Below are positions 1-11,589 of a stretch of 64,000 nt of DNA, one piece after another. The stretch covers positions 21,764,001 to 21,828,000 of the forward strand of contig NC_087250.1 in the NCBI RefSeq assembly GCF_037042905.1. Direction: 5' to 3'. This DNA is from Lytechinus pictus. Taxonomy: Eukaryota. The notes under the pieces are model-generated. The model was not told where the DNA came from. It searched no databases and was given only the letters and a program-made list of their open reading frames with translations. Position numbers and translations under genes: made by a program. Each line of letters begins with the position of its first letter. Position 1 is the first letter of the stretch.

Positions 1-645
1 CGTTGCCAACCTTGTGTCTTCGTCGACTATCCAACGAATCTCCAACCTACTAGTTTCCAACATTTTGCCATTGTCAACCGTCCAACAAATCTCCAACAAA
101 CTAGTTTCCAACTTTGTCAACGTTGTCTCATTGTCGGTTGATCAACAAATTTCCATCGAACTGGTTTCCAACGTTGCCAACGTTGTGTAATTGTTGGCTG
201 TTCAGCAACTATCCAATTAAACATGTTTCCATCGTTGTGCCATTGTCGACTGGCCAACAACTCTCCAACTAACAAGTTTCCAACGTTGCGAACGTCGTGT
301 CATTGTTGATTGTTCAACAACTTTCAATCGAACCAGTTTCCAACGTTGCCAACATTGTGCCTTTGCTGGCTGTTCAACAACTATCCAATCAAACGTGTCT
401 CCAACGTTGTGACATTGTCGACTGTCCAACAACTCTCCAACTTACTAGTTTCCAACGTTGTGCCATTGTCGACCGTCCAACAAATCTCCAACAAACTAGT
501 TCCAACTTTGTCAACGTTGTGCCATTGTCGGTTGTTCAACAACTTTCCAGCGAACTAGTTCCCAACGTTGCCAACGTTGTGCCTTTGCTGGCTGTTCAAC
601 AACTAACCAAGCAAACGTGTTTCCAACGTTGTGACAATTTGCCAT
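1..645. repeat. Degenerate tandem array of ~50-60 bp units (CCAACGTTG / GTCGAC / ACTAGT cores), truncated by the window start
   Basis: Recurrent ccaacgttgtgccattgtcgac..tccaacaactctccaac..actagttt units. The overlapping ORFs are just repeat translations. Confidence 0.85.
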
Positions 646-1989
646 AAATGGATTTTTACACATTTCTATCAATAAAAATGATAGAATATGATGACAGTTA
701 TTTTTGGAAAGAGTATCTTCAACAGCATTCATCGTTTCACGGTTCAATGAACATTTATTGAAAACAAAAAATACGATTTTCAAATATCATAGGCAAGTAT
801 TGTTTCATTTTGGTAACTGAAAATGATATTTTCTCAACTTTTTCGTTATGTTCATGACCAATTAACATGCTTCAATGATTGAAAGGCGTTTAATTAAACA
901 TTCACGCTTGTTTGAACATGTGGAATGTGATTAGCTCTTTTTACGTTATTGGAAAAATGCAATTTGTAACCATGGATAGCTGTCACAAACCTCCTTGCAT
1001 AGTTCATTTTATTTTATTTTTAAGAAAATCCCGATGTTTAATGCATCAGTGAGCACACAATATTCGAAAATTATGCAAATGAGAAGAAAGTTCAAGGCCT
1101 TGGCCTCACTTTGTGCCGTATCGAATGGTTATTTTGGTGTGCGCGCCTTTTGGATAGTGTTACTCTGAAGCAATGTGCGAAGTTTCATGAAATAACTGTT
1201 AGCAGAACTAAGTAACAAACACCGTCCATGAAACAAACCCTCATTTCATATTTGTTAAAATTTTTTACTTCCTCTCTCATAGACTTGTGTACATTATGGG
1301 TGCAAATGTTTGAGAATAAGTAACCCCTTATTCAATATGGTGGAACTTTTTTTCAAGGCTGTCTTTAGTAATGTCATTTGGCAGTAATGTTTATCAACCC
1401 ATGGGCAGAATTCCGTGCAAAAATGAAATCGATTTGTTTATTCATGGATGAGTGAGCACGCATCAAAGTGGGAAAATTTGTATTTTCAATGTCACAGACT
1501 CATTTTAAAGGGTAATAAAGTGAATATTTGGGGCAAATTTGGTTTCAAATGTAACTTTAATTGCTGTTGTTTTTATCATCCATCATTTCTATCACCACAC
1601 ACTTTCCGAACTTTAAACATTTTCATGGTTGAGCGAGCACATTCGAAAACTTAGGAATGAATACTCTTTATACTGCATAAATGTATTCTTTTCCTAACAA
1701 TTTCTCATGATCAGTTTACTTTATGGACAAATCAGTGGTGGATCCTGAATTTTAAAGTGGGGGAGAGGCCTATAATCGGGGGAGCCACCAACATTTTCAA
1801 ATTTTAATGTGATCTAACAAGTTGTAGAGGATACTACCATAAACCCCTATGATGATACGTCACAATACAGGGGCGGGGGAAGGGTTTTAAAAGTGGGGGG
1901 GGGGGGGGTCTGACCATGCAAAAAATCGCAATCGTATGGTAATTTTTACATTTTTGTACATGAGTAGTTAGGGGTTAGACCTCATCCTA

Positions 1990-2403
1990 ATTGACCTTTG
2001 ACCTTTGACCTTTGACCGCATGACCTTTGACCCCAACTTCCGGTCACTGTTGACCCCGTGACCCCACCTTCCGGTCAATCATGACCTTTGACCTTTGGGT
2101 ACGCGGTAAACAGGAAATTGGATAATGGAGCGCGGGAAGCGATTTTAATTGGATAATGGAGCGCGGGAAGCGATTTTAATTGGATAATGGAGCGCGGGAC
2201 GCGATTTTAATTGGATAATGACTCCGCGTGGGGACGCCATCTTAATTGGATAGTGAAACGCGGGACGCGATTTTAATTGGATAATGAGGGTCGGCGTGGG
2301 GACGCCACGCTTCAACCCGGAAATGATGGGGGTGAATCTTAAAGAAAGAGTAAAAAGCAGCGCGTGCTATAAAACCCGCCAACTTGGACACCCGGCGCAT
2401 TCT
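1990..2403 (+). promoter_or_regulatory. Terminal enhancer/Pol II promoter of the element (TGACCT direct repeats, CCGGAA motifs, six ATTGG boxes, TATAAAA, Inr-like)
   Basis: (TGACCTT)n at ~1992-2097. ATTGG at 2117, 2148, 2179, 2210, 2245, 2276 in 31-bp repeats with GCGCGGGA. TATAAAA at 2368-2374 and CATTC ~30 bp downstream. Repeated wholly or partly at ~19250-19660, 20150-20565, 25520-25800 and 27575-27985. Confidence 0.6.
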
Positions 2404-2460
2404 GGACCTCGGACTAACCAGAACAGCTCTGCCGCAGGAACACCAATTTATCTACATGCC

Positions 2461-2702
2461 ATGTTGATAACCGTGTGGATGTTGTTTGCGCTTTGTTGCT
2501 ACGTAGTCACGACCAATACCACCAATGACACAGAGTGTAAGTTCGATGGTTGTAATCATATATCATATATATATATATATTACACTTTAATTTTTGTATT
2601 TTGACTTGATATATTACAGTTTTTACCTTTGGATTTAATCTGGGGCAACTTTTTTTGAAAAGTGAAAAGTTATCTTTCTCCGCCTACCGGCAGATATGTT
2701 GA
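2461..2702 (+). CDS. Candidate two-exon 52-aa signal-peptide-bearing micropeptide, join(2461..2536,2620..2702)
   Basis: gccATG just downstream of the TATA/Inr. Hydrophobic start MLITVWMLFALCCYVVT. GTAAGT donor at 2537 and T-rich ...ttacag acceptor at 2619. The copy-variable (AT)n lies within the predicted intron. Confidence 0.3.
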
Positions 2703-3823
2703 CCCAGACTTCCGGTCAGCCACGACGTCACGTACCGTGAAATGGTATTACGACGCAGTTACGCAACCACCGTGATGTCATAGAATTACCCTTATCGAAC
2801 CATCGGTATTGCACCACCGTGGCGCAATCGTCACGTATAGGATACGATGCACAAAACAGACGTATGATTTCTGCACAGTTTCCTATTTAAAAAAGGATCT
2901 TTTTTCGCCTACCGGCGGATATGTCAACCGCCTCGCATGACGTCACCGGCTACGCAAGCACCGTGATGTCATCCCAGGGAATTACCCTTTACCCGGTATT
3001 GCACCATCGTGGCGCAATCGTCACGTATAGGATACGATGCGCAAAATAGACGTATGATTTCTATACAGTTAAAAAGTGAAAAGTTATCTTTCTCTGCCTA
3101 CCAGCAGATATGATCAAGTGCCTCGCGGTTCACGAATCGATCGCCCCATGCACGGCCAACGCGCGTCATTGAACTTGGGATATCCTATTCAAGGTGAAAG
3201 CCGACTCTCTCTCTGCCTCTTATAAAAATTATTGGTAATCCAACATGTGATTATAATCCTGATAATAGTGACATCTCAAGCTCTACTCATTCCAGACTCT
3301 CCCCCATCAAAACTCTCTGACTTTTCCATACTGTTTTGTACATACTTCCATACTTTTCATTTTAACTCACATGACCTGCACGGCTCTCTGACTCGCAAAA
3401 GTATACTATATTGAAACCAGTAGATGACTCCTTTCAATCAACTTCATTCATCCGCAGTACAGATGGTGATAACATGAAACACTATACAGTCAAGGATTAT
3501 TATTTTATTATTATTATCATTTATTCTATTCCATTTCAATGTAGATAGGTTCAGATAGTGTATAAACAGCAGATGTTTATACAAAGGTAAAAATAATGTA
3601 AGATATGTTCTCAAATTACGTTGTCACAACAAAATAATTAACTGTTCATTGTTAATATTAAAGTGAAGTTCTCGTTTTTCTATTTCTTCGCTTAACTTAA
3701 ATATTGTAACACATGTCTATGGATGGCATTCAGAAAATATGAACACAATGATGTTCAAACTGTCATTTATGTTGACGGCGTTTTCTTGGATTATTATTAT
3801 TCGACAAGCTGATGTTTGTGCCT

Positions 3824-4474
3824 TTAGTTGTAGGTTCCATCTTCACCCTCCGTTTCTTCTCCACCATCATCATTATCGTCATCGTCACCTTGATACTGGA
3901 ATAAACCATCGAATTGTGAACCATGTCTGGCTAACACTCTCTGTACGGCTTTCCGGAATCCCATGCCATTCTCTAATCTTTCCGTGAGATCGGACACGAT
4001 TTCACGATTGATGTCAGCGTCTTCGAGGTACACGTTCTGCTGCAAGAACTGAGAGTAAAGATCGAAAAAGATGCGTTTGATTGCCCACATTAGTTTCACG
4101 TGAGCCTTTTCTTTAGCGTCTTCCTCGTCCATTCCTTCTGAGATGTATTTCTGATATTTTTCGTCTCTCAAGTCCTCGGTGGCCGTCATGGCTTGCTCTA
4201 ACCATCCTCGATAAGCGAGGTTGTCTTCAGTTTCTTCCATGTTTGCTGTCATTGACGATTCGTGTCCATCGCTTTCTGATATGCTCGTTTCGGAATCATC
4301 GTTGGATTCTTCAACTCTTTGCATTTGAGAGGGTGGGTCGGAGTCTTCATCTTCACTCGTTTCTTCTCCAGTATCATGCTCATTTTGTTCATGCCTCTGC
4401 ATATCATACTTCCTACTAAAGGTTTTATCGCATCGTGAACAAGCGTAACGGTTGGACATATCCAATGTATTCAT
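3824..4474 (-). CDS. C2H2 zinc-finger / acidic / helical protein (216 aa from first ATG), element-borne, copy 1
   Basis: Intact ORF: YACSRCDKTFSRKYDMQRHEQNEH = C2H2 finger, followed by a D/E/S-rich linker, a helical domain and an acidic tail. Confidence 0.8.
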   Translation of the reverse strand: MNTLDMSNRYACSRCDKTFSRKYDMQRHEQNEHDTGEETSEDEDSDPPSQMQRVEESNDDSETSISESDGHESSMTANMEETEDNLAYRGWLEQAMTATEDLRDEKYQKYISEGMDEEDAKEKAHVKLMWAIKRIFFDLYSQFLQQNVYLEDADINREIVSDLTERLENGMGFRKAVQRVLARHGSQFDGLFQYQGDDDDNDDGGEETEGEDGTYN

Positions 4475-4567
4475 GTTGACTCGATGATTATTTGCTGGGA
4501 AATGAAGAAAATTAACGTTCAACCTTGTAATAATACGTAATCATGAAACGAGCGCGAAGGTACTTTG

Positions 4568-5090
4568 ATTCTTACGGATTCTTATGGATTTTTGCGGATT
4601 TTTGCGGATTCTTACGGATTTTTACGGATTATAGCTTACGGATTTTTACGGATTCTTACGGACTCTTACGGATTCTTACGGATTTTTACGGATTTTTACG
4701 GATTATAGCTTACGGATTTTTACGGATTTTTACGGATTTTTACGGATTCTTACGGATTCTTACGGACTCTTACGGATTCTTACGGACTCTTACGGATTCT
4801 TACGGATTTTTGCGGATTCTTACGGATTCTTACGGATTTTTACGGATTCTTACGGACTCTTACGGATTCTTACGGATTTTTGCGGATTCTTACGGATTTT
4901 TACGGATTTTTACGGATTCTTACGGATGTTTACGGATTCTTACGGATTTTTGCGGATTCTTACGGATATTTACGGATTCTTACGGATGTTTACGGATTAT
5001 AGCTTACGGATTTTTACGGATTTTTGCGGATTCTTACGGATATTTACGGATTCTTACGGATGTTTACGGATTTTTACGGATTCTTAGGGA
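4568..5090 (+). repeat. 10-bp tandem array (TTACGGATTC/TTACGGATTT), ~52 units, left arm of palindrome 1
   Basis: Directly visible. The inverted shorter array at 5175-5355 has ~18 units. Confidence 0.95.
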
Positions 5091-5174
5091 TTTCTTACGT
5101 ATTTATCAATGCTTTCATATAATCTCAAGGAAAATATGTTCATCCACATTAGAATGACCCATGTAAGGATGCAT

Positions 5175-5355
5175 AAGAATCCGTAAAAATCCGTAAACAT
5201 CCGTAAGAATCCGTAAAAATCCGTAAACATCCGTAAGAATCCGTAAATATCCGTAAGAATCCGTAAAAATCCGTAAAAATCCGTAAGCTATAATCCGTAA
5301 AAATCCGTAAGAATCCGCAAAAATCCGCAAAAATCCGTAAGAATCCGTAAGAATC
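5175..5355 (-). repeat. Inverted copy of the 10-bp array (~18 units), right arm of palindrome 1
   Basis: (gaatccgtaa/aaatccgtaa)n. Confidence 0.95.
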
Positions 5356-5447
5356 AAAGTACCTTCGCGCTCGTTTCATGATTACGTATTATTACAAGGT
5401 TGAACGTTAATTTTCTTCATTTCCCAGCAAATAATCATCGAGTCAAC

Positions 5448-6098
5448 ATGAATACATTGGATATGTCCAACCGTTACGCTTGTTCACGATGCGATAAAAC
5501 CTTTAGTAGGAAGTATGATATGCAGAGGCATGAACAAAATGAGCATGATACTGGAGAAGAAACGAGTGAAGATGAAGACTCCGACCCACCCTCTCAAATG
5601 CAAAGAGTTGAAGAATCCAACGATGATTCCGAAACGAGCGTATCAGAAAGCGATGGACACGAATCGTCAATGACAGCAAACATGGAAGAAACTGAAGACA
5701 ACCTCGCTTATCGAGGATGGTTAGAGCAAGCCATGACGGCCACCGAGGACTTGAGAGACGAAAAATATCAGAAATACATCTCAGAAGGAATGGACGAGGA
5801 AGACGCTAAAGAAAAGGCTCACGTGAAACTAATGTGGGCAATCAAACGCATCTTTTTCGATCTTTACTCTCAGTTCTTGCAGCAGAACGTGTACCTCGAA
5901 GACGCTGACATCAATCGTGAAATCGTGTCCGATCTCACGGAAAGATTAGAGAATGGCATGGGATTCCGGAAAGCCGTACAGAGAGTGTTAGCCAGACATG
6001 GTTCACAATTCGATGGTTTATTCCAGTATCAAGGTGACGATGACGATAATGATGATGGTGGAGAAGAAACGGAGGGTGAAGATGGAACCTACAACTAA
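5448..6098 (+). CDS. C2H2 zinc-finger protein, copy 2 (inverted duplicate, one I>V change)
   Basis: Same ORF as 3824-4474 on the opposite strand. A pyrimidine-rich acceptor-like ttttcttcatttcccag lies just upstream, and AATAAA is at ~6397. Confidence 0.8.
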   Translation: MNTLDMSNRYACSRCDKTFSRKYDMQRHEQNEHDTGEETSEDEDSDPPSQMQRVEESNDDSETSVSESDGHESSMTANMEETEDNLAYRGWLEQAMTATEDLRDEKYQKYISEGMDEEDAKEKAHVKLMWAIKRIFFDLYSQFLQQNVYLEDADINREIVSDLTERLENGMGFRKAVQRVLARHGSQFDGLFQYQGDDDDNDDGGEETEGEDGTYN

Positions 6099-7169
6099 AG
6101 GCACAAACATCAGCTTGTCGAATAATAATAATCCAAGAAAACGCCGTCAACATAAATGACAGTTTGAACATCATTGTGTTCATATTTTCTGAATGCCATC
6201 CATAGACATGTGTTACAATATTTAAGTTAAGCGAAGAAATAGAAAAACGAGAACTTCACTTTAATATTAACAATGAACAGTTAATTATTTTGTTGTGACA
6301 ACGTAATTTGAGAACATATCTTACATTATTTTTACCTTTGTATAAACATCTGCTGTTTATACACTATCTGAACCTATCTACATTGAAATGGAATAGAATA
6401 AATGATAATAATAATAAAATAATCATCCTTGACTGTATAGTGTTTCATGTTATCACCATCTGTACTGCGGATGAATGAAGTTGATTGAAAGGAGTCATCT
6501 ACTGGTTTCAATATAGTATACTTTTGCGAGTCAGAGAGCCGTGCAGGTCATGTGAGTTAAAATGAAAAGTATGGAAGTATGTACAAAACAGTATGGAAAA
6601 GTCAGAGAGTTTTGATGGGGGAGAGTCTGGAATGAGTAGAGCTTGAGATGTCACTATTATCAGGATTATAATCACATGTTGGATTACCAATAATTTTTAT
6701 AAGAGGCAGAGAGAGAGTCGGCTTTCACCTTGAATAGGATATCCCAAGTTCAATGACGCGCGTTGGCCGTGCATGGGGCGATCGATTCGTGAACCGCGAG
6801 GCACTTGATCATATCTGCTGGTAGGCAGAGAAAGATAACTTTTCACTTTTTAACTGTATAGAAATCATACGTCTATTTTGCGCATCGTATCCTATACGTG
6901 ACGATTGCGCCACGATGGTGCAATACCGGGTAAAGGGTAATTCCCTGGGATGACATCACGGTGCTTGCGTAGCCGGTGACGTCATGCGAGGCGGTTGACA
7001 TATCCGCCGGTAGGCGAAAAAAGATCCTTTTTTAAATAGGAAACTGTGCAGAAATCATACGTCTGTTTTGTGCATCGTATCCTATACGTGACGATTGCGC
7101 CACGGTGGTGCAATACCGATGGTTCGATAAGGGTAATTCTATGACATCACGGTGGTTGCGTAACCCTTA

Positions 7170-8320
7170 CAAAAAATTCCTGCAGTACTTTAGTGGTACT
7201 CTGTTGTACCTGTGTGATACTTCTGTCATACACGACGGTACCTCAGAATTACCACAGGACTTCTGTGGTATCACTCTGTGATAGTTCTGTCATACTTCTG
7301 TGGTACAGGAAAATATGAAAATTTCCTGCAATACCTTAATGGTACTCTGTCGTACCTGTGTGATACTTCTGTTGTACAAAACTGTATATAGAATTACAAC
7401 AGGACTTCTGTGGTATCACTCTGTGATAGTTCTGTCATACTTCTGTGGTACAGGAAAATATGAAAATTTCATGCAATACCTTAATGGTACTCTGTCGTAC
7501 CTGTGTGATACTGCTGTTGTACAAAACTGTATAGAATTACAACAGGACTTCTGTGGTATCACTCTGTGATAGTTCTGTCATACTTCTGTGGTACATAAAA
7601 ATATGAAAATTTCATGCAATACCTTAATGGTACTCTGTCGTACCTGTGTGATACTTCTGTTGTACAAAACTGTATAAGGAATTACTACAGGACTCCTGTG
7701 GTATCACTCTGTGATAGTTCTACTTCTGTGGTACATAAAAATATGAAAATTTCATGCAATACCTTAATGGTACTCTGTCGTACCTGTGTAATACTTCTGT
7801 TGTACATAACTGTATACAATATCACTCTGTGATAGTTATGTCGTACTTCTGTTGTACATGAAAATTCTAAAATATCCTGCAGTACTTCTATGACAACCCT
7901 GCGATACTTCTGTTGTATATGAACATTTTTTAAATTTCCTGCAGTACTCCTATTACTAAGCACTTCTATGGAAACCCTGTGATACTTCTGTGGTACATGA
8001 ACATTTTGAAATTTCCTGCAGTACTCGATCCTATTAAAGACACTTCTATGAAAACCCTGTGATACTTCTGTGGTAAATGAAAATTTTGAAATTTCCTGCA
8101 GGACTCAATATAGGCACTTCTAAAATTCTATGGCAACCCCAGTGCTATACTTTCAAAATTTCCTGCGGTACTTCTCATGCAGCCACCCCAGAAATATGAC
8201 TGAAACTGTATCACAGACGCTACTGGTGTATTTTCTGTGGTACAGTACATGAAAAAATTAGTTTCCTTCAGTACTTGTATGGAAGCCCTGTTTGTACCAC
8301 AGACTAATTTTTTTATTTCC
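7170..8320. repeat. Left subterminal tandem repeats (~140-bp units, decaying inward) of the CMC-like element
   Basis: Repeated aatttc(c/a)tgcaataccttaatggtactctgtcgtacctgtgtgatacttctg...caggacttctgtggtatcactctgtgatag. Confidence 0.85.
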
Positions 8321-11300
8321 AGTGAGGGATTTATCTTTTTTTTCAGTTTCGGGAGAGGTCAGTAGCGTATTGAGTCTTATATTTTTAGAAGGCCATATGG
8401 CTTAAAAGGGCACCATTCATTTTAAAAAGTACAATTTTTTATATGAAAATTTAATTTTGTGATAGCTAGATTGTGACATATAGGCCCTATTTCAAAATTA
8501 TATTTCACCCTGTCCCATTGTGTAGGTCTATATCAGCGAGGGGGGGGGGGGGTTATGCCTACTGAGACTCAGAGGTTTTAAGTTTGATAGCTTCTATTTC
8601 TACGAGAAAGGGTACTATACGTACTATAGATCAAAACTAGGAGCAAAGCGCGAACTGAAAAATGCGAAAAATTATTGACCCCAAAATGGGCAACTTATAT
8701 TTTGAGGACTATTGTTCGTTTTCAGGGTTATTTCTTTTTCATGCGCTCTTTTAAATTTCAATTATCATTTTTGTTTTGTTTGTTCGCCACTTATTTTTCA
8801 TAAAAAACAGGATGAATAATTAAAAAATGACTATATTTAAAAGGGTACGTGTTGAAATATACAGGACACACCTAACACTCTTAGAGCTTAATGGTTGTGA
8901 GGAAGCCGGGTTGAATTTCAAAGAGATATTGTAATGAATAAAAATATAAGCATGAACGTATTATTCTACTTCATCCATCTCTGTCTAACAATACAAGAAA
9001 ATAATTGAAGGGGAGGTCAACGCTAGAGATAATCAATAAATAGAGTAAAATTCACAAAACAAAATGCTTAAAATTTATTCAAAATCGGATGACAAATAAC
9101 GAAGTTAAGTTGAATTTTAAGGATTTGCAATATTCCCATGAAACAGTTTTATTTAGGCATGTCTCATGAATATTCATTAGGTGGGCTGATGATGTCATAT
9201 CCCATGTTCTTTTGTACAATATATGAAATTAGATTTATTCAACATATTTCTACCAAGAACTTAAACAATTGGAATGACGACTAATTAACCGCATTAGTTA
9301 TTTAATGCAGCAACTTTACAATGGGGACACATTATTTACACATGTATTGAAAAAATAGATAATCATAATTTCATATCTAACATTAAAAAAGAAAAATGGG
9401 AATGTCACATCATCAGCCCACCAAATGAATATTCATGACGATGTGCACACTATCTGTTTTCACAAAATATTGATAAACAATTAACATAAGAAAGTTCAGC
9501 GTTGAATGTTGATTAAAAAATAAATCTCAGTTAAAATGCTATCTAAGATTTTGTTTTACACGTTTCATAACCAAGTTTTAATGCGATTCTGGCCCCTTAA
9601 AGTTTTTATTGCGAGAAAATACATTTTTCCAAGTTTCCCATCTATTTTTTTATTTATTTTTTTTTAGTAAAAAGGACCTATTTTCTTACAAATATATTAT
9701 TATAAATAAAATTACTTCAATATTTGTTCTCCTATTCACAATATTTTTTACAGGTGGAATAGGATAAACTAAAAATAGGATATTTAATTTCCATTTTAAG
9801 GCCTATTTTTTGCTTTATATCCCCGGTTTATATCTTTGCCACCTTGCAATATGTTAGCCAGGCTGGTTTATATCTATTTCTTTTTAAATCAAATAAATTT
9901 GGATATTTTCAATCTATTTTTATGATGCGAAGCTATATATAGTTTGTAAATATGTTTTTTAATTGCAAGAACAATCTTGTATCTCTGTTCACATATGATG
10001 GCAGTTTATTTTGCTTCTTTTTTTCTAATTTGTATGAAGTTTGTATCTATATATTTTCAAACTATTTTCCATCCTTAAAGTGTCACAACCGATATCATAT
10101 TATTTTTTACCTCGTTGGCAAAGTTATTATCTTTTCTTATGTTTCGCTTCAAAATGGTATCTTTATATTTGCTTGTCTTGCTCCTCCACCCCTTATCAAA
10201 ATACCCTGCCGGCACTTGATCTAAGATTATTTTCTTTTACTACTTGAACCTTATAAAGGGATCTTTCCTTCGATCGCAAGAAAGGATAAAATGTGTGTTT
10301 TTGAAAAGAAATAAAATTAAAAATACATAGGATTGGAGCTGTGATTTTCCTCATTGCTTTCTTTGTCATCCTACTTGCATACTAGTAGGCCTATATAACA
10401 TATTTTCAGTAAAATTGTGAGACATGTTTTTAAATCCTATCCTTATATTAAAAAAAAGAATAAAGAGAAAGAAAAAAATTAAAAGACATAGAAAAGAAAA
10501 AGAAAGGAAGAAGAAATAAATATTTGAATTTTACTTTATTCAATTCCTTTACGTTAATAATATGATATATAAATGATGGCGACAATAGTCAAATTGTCTG
10601 GTTGCCAAGTAAAAAGTAAGACCCCCCCCCCCCCCTCCGAGCTCCCCGTACAAACGCACGGACTGTACCGTATACGTGTTTCCGGTTCCGCCATTTGAAA
10701 AAAAACGTTCGTAACTGCTCAGCTGAACCCGAAGCTTGATGAAGAAGGCCGTCAATATTTCAACAAAAACTAACAGAATATGGATCAGATTCGGACAACG
10801 ACTTCTTAAGACATTCACACAACAGGCTAAACAGTAAGTTAGATCCATTTTTCGTAGTTTGGCGCGGCATGCACTTAAATTTCTTCGACTTTTTAATCAT
10901 TACCGTACGGCCACTGCACTGCCGTTGTTCCCGATCGCTTATCGGGTGGGGGCTGATCTGCGGTGTGCGCGGCCGGGGACGGCCAACGGCTGGCTAAGTT
11001 AGTAGTATATTGATGGCGGCGGTGAGGATGTTTGTATTGTCATGATTGTAGCCAGGTCAGGGGTGGGCGCTAATGCAGTTTCGCACCGGCCGATTAATAC
11101 CAGCATACCTCATCACCAATATTTGTTCCCAAATGTCATGACAAGTCTCTCAGTCACATTTGAAGTCAATATATCCACCACTTTTCAAAATATCGTGATC
11201 GGGAATGGCTGTAGCCTTGTAGGCCTAGCCAGGCGGCTTCTAGAGAGTGAAAATCATTTACTAACGTAACTTCGTAAGGTCACTCTCATATGAAGCCAGG

Positions 11301-11589
11301 GATCCTTTCTCATATACCCACACAGAGGAAGCCAAAACTTGAAACTTTCACCCCCGGCCCCGAGATTTCTACTTTCCTTCTAAAAGATCTAGCCTAACGT
11401 TAGACCTAAATCATGTAGGGCCTACATGGGATAAAACTTAATTTCCAACATTTCTACGCTCTCGTCGTTATTTTTGAAGAAGAAATTCATTCCAAAAAAT
11501 GCGAAAAATATCATGATTAGACGGAAGAGACTTGCCCGATGTTTACGCCGCCATCTTGTTTTCTATTGTTCTTCGCCAACGTTACAGAC

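Noticed and set aside
2284..2604. 106-115-aa ORF MRVGVGTPRF... in four TIR copies
   Set aside because: It begins upstream of the TATA box within promoter repeats, and its C-terminus changes with (AT)n length. Only the internal ATG at 2461 looks plausible.
3232..3414. 60-aa hydrophobic-start ORF downstream of a TATAAAA at ~3221
   Set aside because: Non-ATG start, and the nearest ATG is followed immediately by TGA. No other support.
4543..5157. 204-aa ORF of LRILTDSYGF repeats (and equivalents at 5115-5379, 22717-23563)
   Set aside because: It is a by-product of a stop-free 10-bp array. The second unit gains one net 10-mer and shifts frame, so there is no coding constraint.
4568..5355. Possible CRISPR array or yeast-type telomeric repeat (ACGGAT core)
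   Set aside because: There are no unique spacers or cas genes, and the context is animal DNA. The resemblance to budding-yeast telomere cores is short and probably coincidental.
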